This document shows, in pieces, positions 41,107 to 56,276 of a stretch of 64,000 nucleotides of DNA (the first letter of the stretch is position 1; each line of letters starts with the position of its first letter). The DNA is from Octopus vulgaris (lineage: Eukaryota): contig OX597832.1 of NCBI GenBank assembly GCA_951406725.2, forward strand, positions 29,946,001 to 30,010,000. Direction: 5' to 3'. The notes beneath the pieces are model-generated. The model did no database searches. It was given only the letters and a program-made list of their open reading frames with translations, and was not told the DNA's origin. Made by a program: the position numbers and the translations under genes.

Positions 41107-41937
41107 ATGGCCAATACTTGCTGCTACTTCGGTCATTCCAAAGTACCTCAAAGACTCGACCAACTGGAATATATAATCAGTAAACTCAAACGGAAATTTG
41201 AAAAAATTGAAGAACGTGTGTTGGATATTGGAGAATATATGGACTTATACATTGACAAAATACGGGAATTAAATCAATTAACAAGTCTTTTAATCATCTT
41301 GAAAGGTGGTAATGAGGAATCGCTACAATTAATGGATTATCTGCTAATATTTTTTACAGCCATCAGTAACCAGATGAAAGAAAAGGATGAGACTATGAAC
41401 CAAGAATATTCTCTCTTTACTTTGCGAAACGATGCCAAAACCCAGAAACTGATGGCAGACGTCTTAGATATTTTAGGTTTCACTTCGGAATGTATTCACA
41501 TCTTGAAGCTAAGTTTAAGAATCGTTCATGAAGATGAATGGAGAAAACGAAAGAAAGGGTTGAGCAGTTTCGATGCAGTGAAAGACACTCAGAAAGTTTA
41601 TAATTATTTACGTTCGACCCATTCCGACGTCGAAAGAGACATACAGTTCACCTTACAGAAGATGATAGCCATTGTATATTTTGAGGCATTATTCGCTCAT
41701 ATTTCGGACAATTCAGAAACCTTGGAAGCGAATTCAGAGAATTCCCTTTCTGGAATCGATCTCGGTTCCCACGAATCGGATAATTCAGCTGAATTCGAAC
41801 TTAGTTCTCATTTCGACCATTCTTTAGGTAATTCTCTGAAACAACGCGAAGACGAAGTAATATTTCACGATTTATTGACTGACATCAAATCCTCTGTCAA
41901 GAAAATGCGAGCCCAAAAATTATTTAAATTAAAATAA
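41107..41937 (+). CDS. Intronless 276-aa hypothetical protein, predicted helical/coiled-coil
   Basis: 831-nt stop-free ATG-TAA ORF of normal complexity in AT-rich unique sequence. No TE motifs recognised. Confidence 0.65.
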   Translation: MANTCCYFGHSKVPQRLDQLEYIISKLKRKFEKIEERVLDIGEYMDLYIDKIRELNQLTSLLIILKGGNEESLQLMDYLLIFFTAISNQMKEKDETMNQEYSLFTLRNDAKTQKLMADVLDILGFTSECIHILKLSLRIVHEDEWRKRKKGLSSFDAVKDTQKVYNYLRSTHSDVERDIQFTLQKMIAIVYFEALFAHISDNSETLEANSENSLSGIDLGSHESDNSAEFELSSHFDHSLGNSLKQREDEVIFHDLLTDIKSSVKKMRAQKLFKLK

Positions 41938-42885
41938 TTTTGTGTTGTCGAGTGTTTCAAGGGTTAGCTTCTAATGGAGCCCTTGGTTCACTTTCGATTT
42001 CCAACTGGGGCTATTGAACATCCCTTGTATCTATTACCGACTTTCTCTCCTCACTATTTTATATGCGGTGCCTTCTTGGACACAAAAGGTCTCCATCCTC
42101 CCTAGACACCTTATAAAAGTCATCTAATGGAGACCAAAATCTTTATAAACTTCCTTTCTTCACTCTGATATAGATGTGGTATGTAGGGGGAGTTTATTTT
42201 TTTAAAAAATAATATGTAACTTAAATATGATAAATCATAATTTTCTTTCTATCTGAAATTATTTCACTGTAAATATATATTTGTATAATATATTGATCTG
42301 ATCATCATATCATATTGTTGTGTTTGTTCTTTTCAACATAAATTGTTTGTTCTGTCTGTTTTGGTAACAAGGGAATCTTGAACAAGCTTCTATGAGTGCT
42401 CTAAAATAAGTTCCGACCAATATAAGAACACAAGAATCATAATATGGAATCTTGTATTAAAACAAAAATGTTAAATATTTTCTTCTTCTTTTGGAATTCT
42501 TTGTAAAAAAAATATTATATTTTGCTTTTGAAAAGTAAATGTCTTTAGCTTTTGCCTCTTGGTCTCCCAGACATTGTTTGCTTTTTAAATTTCGATTTAA
42601 GAAGATTTTTATTATCATTATTTCACTTCTCAGAGCTGTCGGGCATATTTTCTCTGGTTAATTCTGTGAGAGTGGACAGCAACCTGTAATCAGGGGGTCT
42701 CACAGGGTCTCTTTCTGCAAATTATAAGCTTTGGGATCTGGATGTTAACCTATCATGGGGAACACTCAACACCCAAGCATCAATCTCAAAATCCTAGCTG
42801 TCCCCAATACAAGTTTTTTTGGGGGTCTGCTCGGTCCTCATGTCAATTACAATTTCTATTTTTTTTTTTTTACTTGCTCTGCCAT

Positions 42886-43260
<375 letters not shown>

Positions 43261-44575
43261 ACTGCTGCAACTATAACCGTTATTATTAGAATCCACTTGC
43301 CATTCCCAGAAAGCTATCTTCACATCTCAAGGCCTTTTTAGAGCTGAGTAAATAAACAAGACGATCGGGGTGGTCACGGCTGAGACGCCTTTGATAGTAG
43401 GGTGCAGGCCCTGAACCAACCTTGAGCTAAATAACAACGTGTGTTTAATAGAAACACCACATGGACTTCCACGTGAAACGAAAATATTGAGCCGGGATTA
43501 ACAGATTAACGCCCTGTAATCTGGATTGGTTCTTTATCGATACAGTTAAGAGTTATTGATATTTATGGATTCAAACTTGTTGCTGTTGTTGTTGCTGTTT
43601 AGCTCCAGCTCAGCCTTGAACCATTAAACCAATGACCAAGAAAATTCCAGCCGCTGACCATCCCATTATATATATTCTCCCTGTAGAGGAAAGCAAGTGT
43701 CTCATCATCCAACGTGTCCTTTTCTGAAGTAGTTGAGCACCATTTGAGGAAGGTTTGGTTGCTATTTCTAGCAGATCTAGCAACCACGCAAAAACTGCTT
43801 CCGTGACTGGCTTGACTCAAGGCTGTCTGAATTATTACCCGTGACCTTTAGCCTTTCACCTTTGGCCTTTTAAACAGAAGACCCTGAGGGATAAACAAAG
43901 CAGTTAATTAATGCTTCATAAAGATTGGAAACTTCTCTTCCTTCTCCTCCTCTTCTCCTCCTCCTCTCTTTCCCCTACAATTACATAATACCATTACCGA
44001 ATACTGGGTCTTTGTATTTTCTGTGCTTTTCTCCAACTATCTTTAATAGCAGGTAGAAATAGGATATAAAGAAGCCGACGAAACTGAGAAATATCAAAAA
44101 GAAATAGTAGCCAAATGTCTTTAAATTCCTATCCAAATGTGTTTTAAAAAAATATGGTCCTATGCATATAAAGACAGGATGGCCACAATTGGAATATTTC
44201 TGGTTCTAAATCAGGGCGGGAGAGATAAGTAAATAAGAGTTACCTCCCATCCATTAATGTCTGCCGTAAAAACCCAGAATTTGACAGCAAATGGTTTTCT
44301 GTCGAAACAGATTCTTGTTAATAAAAGAAACACATTGAAATTTGCCAAAATGAAATTGGTGGATCTGCCGTTTTAGGCTGCCCACCCTCATCACTCATTA
44401 ATACTATACACTCTTCTCTTCGCTTACTTTTCCTATAACAACCCAGTTTCAATTTCTGAAGGGCTTAACTGCTTATTGAGCCCCTTATCCACTTCATAAC
44501 TTCGTTTGTCCGGTTTTAGGTTTTAGGAACTTGAAGATTTACGATAAAATATATATATATATATATATATACGTA

Positions 44576-45089
44576 CCGTAAATCCTCGAGTAGAACCCGC
44601 ATTTTCCCTCCCAAATTTAAAGGTCAAAATCCCTAGTGCGTACTATATACGAGGTTAAAAACGAAAAATATTTTCTAAGCAATGTCTGAGTCCCTATTTG
44701 CTGTCCGGCAATGTTTATTCAGACGCATTTTGTGGTGTCGGGCGCGAAAATACCTTAAGCTAAGCCTGAAAGCAATAAAGTCATATAAGAATCGTCCATA
44801 ACTTGCAGTAAGCAACATTTATTAAACGTTATTACTGTTATTTCTTTATTTTCTGCAAACAAAATGCACAAAAAAGCTACACGCTTGCATCATGTTATAT
44901 ATACAATAATAATAAAGGACGTCACCGTATACATTTTTACAAACCAAGGACGTTATATAAACCTCCTTGACTCAAGTTAGAGAAGGAGTGCGTATTATAC
45001 ACAAGGTTTAAGTTTTTCAGAGATACAGCCCGCTAAAAATCCCCTGCGTATTATAACCCCAGGGGCGGACTATACTTGAGGATTTACGG
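44576..45089. mobile_element. Tc2/pogo-like MITE
   Basis: TA|CCGTAAATCCTCGAGTA...TACTTGAGGATTTACGG|TA. A copy of the right half lies at 56363-56524. Confidence 0.88.
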
Positions 45090-45989
45090 TATATGCAAAA
45101 ACAATTCAGTTTTAATTTTTAAAAATTCTATCATTAGAACTTTTCAATTTTTGAGTTTTTCGAATTTTTTCTTTTTAAATGTTGCTTTCTTTTTTAATTA
45201 TAAAACTGTGGTTACTGGAACTGTCCAGGGACAGAGCGAAGTGGAAACGAGATAAAGGAGAGATCTACAATAACTGGAAGAGAACTATATAGGATGGTCA
45301 TAACTGTAACGCCGTTGATCATTGTTGTGCTCAGTGTAGGACTGACCCGGGGCTAAACAACGACAGCAAAAACAAATTCTGTATCGATTGGAATGGATAC
45401 GAACATCAAAATAACTTATTGTTCTCCCACATCTTTACATTATAATGAAAGGATTTCCAACCATGACCACCTTTTCATAAATCAATCTATTCTTGCTTAA
45501 AAGACGACAGGTTTTAAGGCTTGGCTGTTATTTCTAGCAGGTGGAATGACTAGCTCTCGTTGGTCCGATCAAGTCAGTGGACGTTGAATGGAATTATTCC
45601 TTTCGCAGTCTGGCAAGTAAAATGGATGTCGTGGCGTTCATCTCTTTCCATCAGTTATAGAAATAAAAGGGATTGTGTTAAAGTCTGAGAGGGTTTCCCT
45701 CTGTTGTGTCAGCTTTTCGATCCAACAGGAGGAATGTGAGTATGTGAGGTTCATGCCTCTCTTAAGAACATTTGTGCTATAACACATGTACTCTTTTACT
45801 CTTTTACTTGCTTCAGTCATTTGACTGTGGCCATGCTGGAGCACAGCCTTTAGTCGAGCAAATCGACCCCAGGACGTATTCCTTGTAAGCCTAGTACTTA
45901 TTCTATCGGTGTCTTATTGCCGAACCGCTAAGTTACGGGGACGTAAACACACCAGCGTCGGTTGTCAAACAATGCTAGGGGGACAAACA

Positions 45990-46058
<69 letters not shown>

Positions 46059-46654
46059 GCATATAGACGACGGGCTTCTTTTCAGTTTCCGTCTACCAAA
46101 TCCGCTCACAAGGCTTTGGTCGGCCCGAGGCTATAGCAGAAGACAGTTGTTCAAGGTGCCACGCAGTGGGACTGAACCCGGAACCATGTGGTTGGTAAGC
46201 AAGCTACTTACCAAACACCCACTCCTACGCATGTGTGAGTATATGTTTGTATTTGTGTACGTATGTGTGTGTATACTTGTGTGTGTTTCTGTGTGTATGT
46301 GTATACGTGTGTACGGTGAGTGTACGTGTGTGCGTGTGTGTGCGTGCGCTTATGAGTGAGCATTTGTGAGTACCTATTTGTGAGTGTGCGCGTGGGTGTG
46401 CTTGCGTGTGTGTGAGTGAATGTGCAGACATGTGTGCGTGTGTGTGCTTGAGTGTGTGTGTGTGTTGTGTATATGTACATGTAAGTGCGTGTGCATGTGT
46501 GTGTATGTGTGTGCGAGCCCGCGTATGGGTGCATTTGTGAGTGCATGTGTACATGTGTGATTACACGTGTGTGTGTGAGAGTGCACTTGTGTGTGTGTGT
46601 GTGTATGTATGTAGTTGTGTGTGTGTAAGTGTGTGCGTCGGCGAGGGCGTGTCT

Positions 46655-46692
<38 letters not shown>

Positions 46693-46860
46693 GGGTGTGT
46701 GCTTTGTAAGGCTTACCATTTGAAATGTGTGTGTAAACATGTGCTTTGTGTCTGTGTGTGCGATTCCACCTGCGAACGTTCGACCGAGGTTCACACCTGC
46801 TTCTCTCTTTCTCTCTCTCTCTCTCTCTCACTCACTCCTTTCTCTATTCACTCTCCACAG

Positions 46861-46892
<32 letters not shown>

Positions 46893-47009
46893 TTATCTTT
46901 TTCTTTTGTGTCTACATAAACACGTAAATATACATACGTACTTATACATGTATATATATACAATACGGGCAGACACACATACTGAGAGACTGCTTAATTA
47001 TAACGCGAG

Positions 47010-47109
47010 TATACATACATACATACATACATACATACATACACACATACACACACACACACACACATACATACACACATACACACACACACGTACATAC
47101 ATACATACA

Positions 47110-47141
<32 letters not shown>

Positions 47142-47424
47142 CACATACATACACACATACATACACTCATACATACGTACATACATACATACATACATAC
47201 GTACATACATACATACATACATACATGCATGCATGCATGCATACATACATACATACATACATACATACTACATACACACATACACACACACACGTACATA
47301 CATACATACATACATACATACATACATACACACATACATACACACATACATACACTCATACATACATACATACATACATACATACACACACACACATACA
47401 TACACACACACATACGTACATACA

Positions 47425-47456
<32 letters not shown>

Positions 47457-47995
47457 CACATACATACACACATACATACACTCATACATACGTACATACA
47501 TACATACATACATACGTACATACATACATACATACATACATGCATGCATGCATGCATACATACATACATACATACATACATACACACACATACATACACA
47601 CATACACACACACACGTACATACATACATACATACATACATACATACATACATACATACATACATACATACATACATACATACATACATACATACATACA
47701 TACATACATACATACATACATACATACATACATACATACATACATACATACATACATACATACATACATACACACATACATACACACATACACACACACA
47801 CGTACATACATACATACATACATACATACATACATACATACACACACACACATACATACACACACACATACGTACATACATACATACATACATACGTACA
47901 TACATACATACACACACACACATACATACACACACACATACGTACATACATACATACATACATACATACATACATACACACATATACATACATAT
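47010..47995. repeat. (ATAC)n/(AC)n compound satellite with higher-order duplications
   Basis: Direct reading; catgcatgcatg and ctcat marker units recur. Confidence 0.97.
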
Positions 47996-48899
47996 ATGTT
48001 TATCTATTGATATGTGTGTGTGTGTGCTTATGTGTAGTACATATATATGCACTGGCATCACATACTTGTGTGTATATGTATTTATTTGAGTGTGTGTGTG
48101 TGTGTGTGTGTGTGTTTGTCTCTATCCTTTTATCTGTTTCAGTCATTTGACTGCGGCCATACTGGAGCACCGCCTTTAGTCGAACAAATCGACTCCAGCA
48201 CTTATTCTTTGTAAGCCTAGAATTTATTCTATCGGTCCTTTATTGCCGAACTGATAAGTTACGGGGACGTAAACACACAAGCATCGGTTGTCAAGCGGTG
48301 TTGGGGGTGGGACAAACACAGACACACAAACATATACATATATACATATATATGTATACATATATAAATGTACACACACACACACACACACACACAAACG
48401 ACGGGTTTCTTTCAGTTTCCATCTGCCGAAAAAGGCTTTAATCGGCCCGAGGCTATAGTAGGAGACACCCAAGGTGCCATGCAGTGGGACTGAACCTGGA
48501 ACCAAGTGGTTGGTAAGCAAGCTACTTACCACACAGCCACTCATATATATATACGTATATTCTTTTATTCTCTTTTACTTGTTTCAGTCATTTGACTGCG
48601 GTCATGCTGGAGCACCACCTTTAGTCGAACAAATCGACTCCAGGATTTATTCTTTGTAAGCCTAGTACTTATTCTATCGGAATCTTTGTGCCGAACCGCT
48701 AAGTGACGGGGACGTAAATACACCAATGTCGGTTGTCAAGTGATGGTGGTGTTAGTGGTGGGGGGGTCAAGCCAAATCCACTCACAAGGCTTTGGTCGGC
48801 CCGAAGATCTTGCCCAAGGGACTGAACCCAGAACCATGTGGTTGGGAAGCAAGTTACTTACTACACACTCACTCCTGATTTTTTTTTCTAGTTTCCAGC

Positions 48900-49330
48900 C
48901 GAGGGGCTGCAGCCATGCTGGGGACCGCCGTTTGCTCTGCTACACTTTCACTAAACCTCATCTGATGAGTGGAATTTGGTAAATGAGTGAGTTTGACGTT
49001 GCTGCCCTCATCTGTGTTCCTTGCCTCGAGGTCGGTTCATCTGGAACTCTTGACTGGAGGAGGAGATCGAGTTGTGTTTTGAAGACGCCTACATCTCTCA
49101 GGCTTTGCGGGAGGATGTTGATGAGCTTTGGGCCCTTGTAGGCCAAGCTGGTACAGTATATATTCCTGTATAATGATGGCAATGTTGGGGTTTCTGGTAC
49201 TATTCAAAATTGCTCGTCTTTTGCCAAACTTTTGAGCGAATATACTGATGGCTTCTCGCCCTCCATGTGACCAAACATTTTCTTTTCTCAGCTTTAGCTT
49301 TTATCTCAAAGCTTTCCAACGCCTTTGACT
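48900..49330 (-). mobile_element. CR1/L2-like LINE 3' fragment
   Basis: KGPKLINILPQSLR...VFKTQLDLLL...VPDEP is typical of an ORF2 C-terminus. Confidence 0.72.
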
Positions 49331-49346
49331 GATACATCAAGCTGTA

Positions 49347-49377
<31 letters not shown>

Positions 49378-49400
49378 ATGTTCATGCATGTTTGTGCAGG

Positions 49401-49445
<45 letters not shown>

Positions 49446-50219
49446 GTATGTATGTATGTATGTATGTATGTATCTATGTATGTATATACATATATGTATT
49501 TGTATGTATATATATATATATATACACGCACACACACATGTATATGTTTACATATATGTGTGTGTGCGTGCTTGTGTATGTCTGCATGTGTGCGTGTGTA
49601 TGTATGTATGCACACATTCACACACACGTACACACACATATGTCTGTATAAATAGGTGTCTGTGTCTGCGTATGTCTATATATGTGTACATCTGTTTTTA
49701 TGTTCCCATGTATTTATGTTGAGTAATGTGTGATGATGCATTTTTGTGTAGTGAGTGATGCAATGTCGAGTGGAGGAGTGATGTAATGATGATTAATGAT
49801 TGACATAAAGCAATTTCTCGATTCCGTCTTTACACTTTACTGGAGTCGACATTTTGAAAGATTTCCAAAGACATTGAAATGGAACAAAAAAATATTCCTC
49901 GCAGCTTTTCAAAATGCCCGGGTCACCACAAAATATGGACAAGGCATCGCATAATGTCAATTATGTTAGACTTAGACGACGAAGGACGAATCTGCTGTCT
50001 TTTGTGGTTCTTAAGTGGAGTCTTGAAAAGGTGACTGGATTCTACATAAGGAAATACCGTTCTGGTGATTCTACAATGAAATATTTATTTTAATCTTCTT
50101 AAATTATTTAAAAAATAAACTATTAAAAAGTTTGTTTACATTTTTATTTTCTTTACTGTTGACAATAACGTTTTCACAATAACTGTAGTGACATCTTTTT
50201 GTGTATATTTAATAAAATA

Positions 50220-50616
50220 CTAGCAGTATCGCCCGGCGTTGCTCGGGTTTGTTTCGACCCTTTAGAATTGGAATTTTTGAAAAGTAAAAATTTTGCATTA
50301 TGTAGCTTGTTTATTCTCTTTAAGTGAACATTTTTCTGGTTGAAATACACCGAAAAATGGCGACACAGTAGTAAAAAAAAAATCGTTTAAAAATAGGGAT
50401 TTTCATAGAAAAAAAGCACCTTTTTGATGTAAATAATTTCTGGTGTTAACATGGTCCAATTTGAATTTTTTCTTCTACGGAAGGAAGAGCAAGCCCCCTT
50501 CTATCATACTCTCAATTTTGGTCAACTTGCACCGCAGGGTCTCGGAGGAGATAGTGTTAGTTGAAGGCTACCAAACTTGCCATACACAGACAACTTCAGC
50601 TTTATATATAGAGAGA
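50220..50616 (-). mobile_element. Non-autonomous Helitron
   Basis: Minus strand: A|TCTCTCTATATATAAA ... CCCGAGCAACGCCGGG hairpin ... CTAG|T. Confidence 0.82.
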
Positions 50617-52202
50617 TTACAAGAATATCGCCTTATTACTTTACGCCATGTTGTCATCGTCAACAATAAAAAGTTTTCCCGCCTCTGGTCAACACAGAAA
50701 TATGTCAGACGTTGTTGAACGATGGTTGAAGCTCGCAGCCAGTTTACAATAATGGTTTGAAGGCAAATGGAACCATTCCATTCTATTTATTGCTAGTATT
50801 TGTCAGTAACCCAAAGGCAAAGTTTTCGGCAGCGACCTAACGGCAGATAAAGAATGAAGAGCCGTCTTGTGGCCTCGTCAGAGGAAGATCTGTTTCTCGT
50901 TTGTAAATCGACAGAAGAGAGTTGAAGAATGTTGTTGAGTAAATGGAGATATTTGTGGAAATATGTCAACTTTGAACATTTCGTTGACGGTTTAATCACA
51001 ATCATTCAGGAAGAATTTGGTTTGGATGGGAAAAATCAATGAAATTCTAAGCTTTAAATCGAAGTGTGGGGAAAAGGTGAAGACGGTAAATAGTAAATAG
51101 GATATTGTTACGAACAGAAGCACATTTGTTGATTGTAAGCGGGATATTAGTGTCAAATTATATAAATCTCTCGGTTACGTGTCTTCTTCTCTCCAATGTG
51201 TCGTCCTGCTAAAGAGATACACAGCAGGAAATGGAGGGAGATTCACGCTTGTACTGCGTTCGATATTTGATAATGATAAATGATCCAATGAAGAGAAATA
51301 AAAGGACTGGTTTGATGGGGGTTTGAGAAGGAGAGATTGTGATAGGGTCACATTGAAATGGTAAAAATTATCAAATGTTTGAAACATATGAGACTGACAA
51401 GCAGTATGACCTACAAAACTGAGAACTATTCTTAGCAATTGCAAAAGAAAACATCCACGCTGGACTTGAGAAGAATCTACAGATTAGAAGTGCATTTTCT
51501 AAAAGGGAGACATGATTGAAAAGTCGTTTTGACGAAGTGAACCCTGTTCTTGTTGGTTTTTTTTTTTTCTAAAATGTACAGATATTTCTCACAAAAATAT
51601 TTATGTCTGAATATAATTCTAGAAGAAGATAGACACGGGAAGGAAATGATGGAAGAATTATCCAAATCTCTCGTAGAATGGATAAATTTCTTGTAGCTGA
51701 AACACAACTCAGTTGGTCAGCAGAGAGGGTCACTATAAAGACGATGCCTAGTCTAATTCACATCCACCCAAGAAGCTTAACTTTTGGAGGATGAAAATAT
51801 GGAGATTTTTTGTTAAATATATTTCTGAAGGCGGCGAGTTTGCAGGATCGTTGACATGCCGGATGAAATGCTTAGCGGTATTTCGTCTGCCGCTACGTTC
51901 TGAGTTCAAATTCCGCCGAGGTCGACTTTGCCTTTCATCCTTTCGGGGTTGATTAAATAAGAACCAGTTAAATCTTGGGTTCAATGTAATTGACTTAACT
52001 ACTCTTCGGTATGAGTATAAAAACTGGACCCTTCTGTCAAACCATGCCGAGGCATTGTGACAGAATAGGCTCATCAAACCCAGTAAGATCTCAAGCTCAA
52101 ATTCACAGCCTCCACATCAAACAGACCATGATAGGTGGGGAGAATATGCTGAAGCCTTTGTCCTGCAGTGGAATGAATATCGACATCCAAAGCCAGGAAC
52201 TA

Positions 52203-52256
<54 letters not shown>

Positions 52257-53109
52257 ATACATACACACACGCACGCACACACACGTAGTATATATATATC
52301 TATAAGAACGAATATCGACGTTCCGTTGGCCAACGAAGCCAAAAGCGTGTCCATTGGCCTACGCTGTCCAACGGCATTAAGTGCTTGTAATTAAAATTTC
52401 TTAATTGGTCGTCTCTTTTCTAACTTCATGAAAGACAACATCTCAAGAATAGTCCCGTGGCCGTTACATAACCAACTGTTCCATTACTCACAGCTAAATC
52501 GAAAGCGATAAACCCTTCCGCAGTCGCCGCAAATATTTCATTAGTTTCAAGCCTTTCTATTTTCTTATCTCCCTTCATCTTTAAACAGTCTGTTAACACC
52601 AGCTGTTCAACTGGTGTCTATGACTGTCTCCCATTTCAATTCTCGATCTTCGATGACAATGTCTGGTCAGTAAGTATTTCATTTTCACAGAAGTTTTGGC
52701 AAGAACATTCAACGAGCTTTCGGTCGTATACATACTTACATGCATGCATGCATGCATGCATACATACATACATACATACATACATACATACATGCATGCA
52801 TGCATACATACATACAGACAGACAGACAGACAGTCGCGGATTTTCCAAAGATTCTCCATCTGAGATTCTTTAAATGATTAGATACACACATATGGGTGTA
52901 TGCATCGACAGCTCCACCAACAGATCAACTCAACCACATATTTACAAACATTGGGAACTCTTTGAATTCAAAAAAATCCTTGTTGCTTCGTTAACGACCG
53001 GCTTGAAATCTCTTCGAGAGAGACACAAGGACTTAAATAAAACTCAAAGAAAAAAACATACGTTCATATATATGTATGTATGACAGCACTGACTTCTATC
53101 TCTTCTCAA

Positions 53110-53590
53110 GTCCGCTGAAATATTTTCGTCACTCTAGTTTTGCTTAGCATCAACATATGCGATCATTTCATTGATTCCAGTGCATTTCTATCAGTCACCA
53201 TTTCCTCCATTTTGACTGAGGGAATACAGAAACGTTTGGGATCCATATTCGTTGCTTGATCGACAATCTCTCCTCGCCTGACTACCAAATACTTGTCCTG
53301 TCCAAACTCCATTCCTATGTCCCGTGGCGATGTTGTGACTATTTCTAACAGCTTCTTGGCGTTATGACTATAGCTTAAAGTCATCAACAAAAAAGGTGTA
53401 TCCGGAATTAATCTTTCTTTCATCTGCAGCTCCTGTCACAGACCCTTCGTGCTTCCTTAACAGAGCTGACAAAGGACAAAGGAAAGCAAAGCATTACAGA
53501 GTGTCTGTCTCTCTCTGAAATATTTCTGTTGACAGCTTAATTCTTTTAGTCACTATAATGGTTTCTTCAGTTCTTATCGAGAGCTCACGT
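53110..53590 (-). mobile_element. Degenerate R4/NeSL-like LINE RT fragment
   Basis: LLEIVTTSPRDIGMEFGQDK, preceded by frameshifted remnants of the RT catalytic region. Confidence 0.65.
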
Positions 53591-54644
53591 TGTTACTCTT
53601 TTTTTTACTCTTTTACTTGTTTCAGTCATTTGACTGCGGCCATGCTGGAGCAACGCCTTTAGTCAAGCGTATAGACCCTAGGACTTATTCTTTGTAAGCC
53701 TAGTACTTATTCTATCGGTGTCTTTTGCCGAACCGCTAGGTTACGGGGGACATAAACACACCGGCATCGGTTGTCAAGATATGATGGGGGGTGGGACAAA
53801 AACAGACACACAAACATACACACATACATATATATATATGTATACGACGGGCTTCTTTCAGTTTCCATCTACCAAATCCACTCACAAGGCTTTGGTCAGC
53901 CCGAGGTTATAGTAGAAGACACTTGCCTAAGGTGAACCCAGAACCATGTGGTTGGTAAGCAAGCTTCTTACCACACAGCCACACCTAGGCCTATGTGAAA
54001 GTTTTAAAAAATTGTACTTGTAAGGGCACCGAAGTTCAGCGTGTGTGTGTGTGTGTGGTGGGGGGGGTAAAGTGATATATAAGAGCATGCACGCATATGT
54101 ATATGCGCGTGTGTGTAATATATATGTGTCGTTGTATGTTTATGTGCGTGTGTATGTAATACACACACAGAAACAAAGAGAAGAGCGCGCACACAGACAG
54201 ACAGACAGACAGACAGACACACAGACAGACAGACAGACACACACACAGACAGACACACAGACAGACAGACAGACACACAGACAGACACACAGACAGACAT
54301 ACACACACACAGACAGACAGACAGACACACAGACAGACAGACAGACAGACACACACACAGACAGACACACACACACACACACAAACTCATATAAATGCAT
54401 CTATATACGTACGAGTGTATGGGTGTATAATTAACATATACGTGCGTTCGTGTGTGCATGTGTGTAGTTGTGTGTATGTAAACATTTGTGTGAAAGTGTG
54501 TTGCGGATGCAATGTGCGTAGGGGAGAGGAGGGGGTTGGTTTTTATGTGTATATATATGTATATCTGTGTGTGTGTGTGTGTGCGTATGTGTGTGTTACT
54601 GTTTGATCGATCTGATGAAGGTCAGAGTTGGTATAATGTGTCTG

Positions 54645-54880
54645 TGTGTTTGTGTATATGCATGTGTGTGTGTGTATGTGTTTGTGTATATGCATGTGTG
54701 TGTGTGTATGTGTTTGTGTATATGCATGTGTGTGTGTGTATGTGTTTGTGTATATGCATGTGTGTGTGTGTATGTGTTTGTGTATATGCATGTGTGTGTG
54801 TGTATGCGTTTGTGTATATGCATGTGTGTGTGTGTATGTGTTTGTGTATATGCATGTGTGCGTGTGTATGTGTTTGTGTG
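54645..54880. repeat. 32-bp minisatellite (GTGTTTGTGTATATGCATGTGTGTGTGTGTAT), about 7 copies
   Basis: Direct reading. Confidence 0.92.
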
Positions 54881-55038
54881 TGTGTATATATTATATATAT
54901 GTGTGTGTGTGTATGAATGTATTTGTGTACACTTGTGTTTTGTGTGTTTATATGTACGTATTTGATATATATGTTTCTATGGTGTGTTGGTGTGTGTATC
55001 TATGTATTCGTATGTATGTGTGCCTGTGAGTATGTGTA

Positions 55039-55069
<31 letters not shown>

Positions 55070-55718
55070 CAGCGAGTTAATGCTGATATGAATACATAAA
55101 TAATATAGTTGAAGTTAAACCACAGGTCAGTCCTTATACAATACACTTATGATAAAAACCATTCCAGCGATGACCATCCCTTCATACCCGCTACACTGCC
55201 ACGATCAACACGACGACGACCACCACCACCATCACCACCACCGCCGCCACCACCACCATCACCACCACCATCACCACCACCACTACCACCACCACCACCA
55301 CCACCAAAACCACCACCACTACCACCACTACCACTACCACCACCACCACCACCACTGCACAACCACTAGCGTTGTCCCCCCCCTTTCATGATGTCAGTAT
55401 CTTGTCCTTCTCAGATTCCCACAGTTTCACACTTCACTGTTGAGTAACAACGAAATGATGAAGAAGCTGTTTATTGAGCACGGCTGACCTCTGACCTCCG
55501 ACCTCTGACTCAATATTCACCCCTCACTGCGTGAAACCTTTACTAGGTCAATGGATCACTGACACTGGCGTCTTCTACGTGGTTCATTCAATATGCTAGA
55601 CATAACAGCTCTCAACTGCAACCCATTTTATCATCCATAGATCAGGGCTGGGACGAAAGCTACAAAAAAACCTCCCAAAACAGCACACAACACATTACAC
55701 TACACACACACTCAAAAC

Positions 55719-55829
<111 letters not shown>

Positions 55830-55894
55830 GTCCCGGTTGATTCGGGGTTAACCACAGTAAATAAGGTACTCAATACATAGCAGAGTAAAATTAA

Positions 55895-56020
55895 TTTATT
55901 ATAGAAGGAGCTTCTACAGGACTAGAACTGTTTCATTCAAGAGAAATCTTCAGGAAGCTTCCTGAAGATTTCTCTTGAATGAAACAGTTCTAGTCCTGTA
56001 AACTCCTTCTATATAATAAA

Positions 56021-56021
<1 letters not shown>
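55895..56021. ncRNA. Palindromic head-to-head pair of type-I hammerhead motifs, copy 1
   Basis: Minus arm: AGCUUC-CUGAAGA-UUUC(ucuu)GAAU-GAA-ACAG(uucuaguc)CUGU-A/GAAGCU (55959-55909). The plus arm is its mirror with a damaged stem-I 3' strand. Confidence 0.78.
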
Positions 56022-56075
<54 letters not shown>

Positions 56076-56080
56076 GTATG

Positions 56081-56154
<74 letters not shown>

Positions 56155-56276
56155 TTATTTTATAGAAAGCTTCTACAGGACTAGAACTGTTTCATTCAAA
56201 TGAAATCATCAGGAAGCGCTTCCTGATGATTTCATTTGAATGAAACAGTTCTAGTCTGTAAAGCTCCTTCTATAAA

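Noticed and set aside
46208-48150. ORFs of up to 483 aa (HTYI/MYVC repeats)
   Set aside because: Stop-free frames of (ATAC)n/(AC)n satellites.
51516-51545. UUGAAAA-GUC(guuuu)GAC-GAA hammerhead-like string
   Set aside because: No A15.1/stem III, no cleavage triplet and no stem I.
51000-51750. Possible coding region
   Set aside because: Many stops in all frames. Probably a very old TE relic that I cannot classify.
55109-55391. Poly-Pro/His/Gly ORFs
   Set aside because: (CCA)n microsatellite with no splice or domain context.
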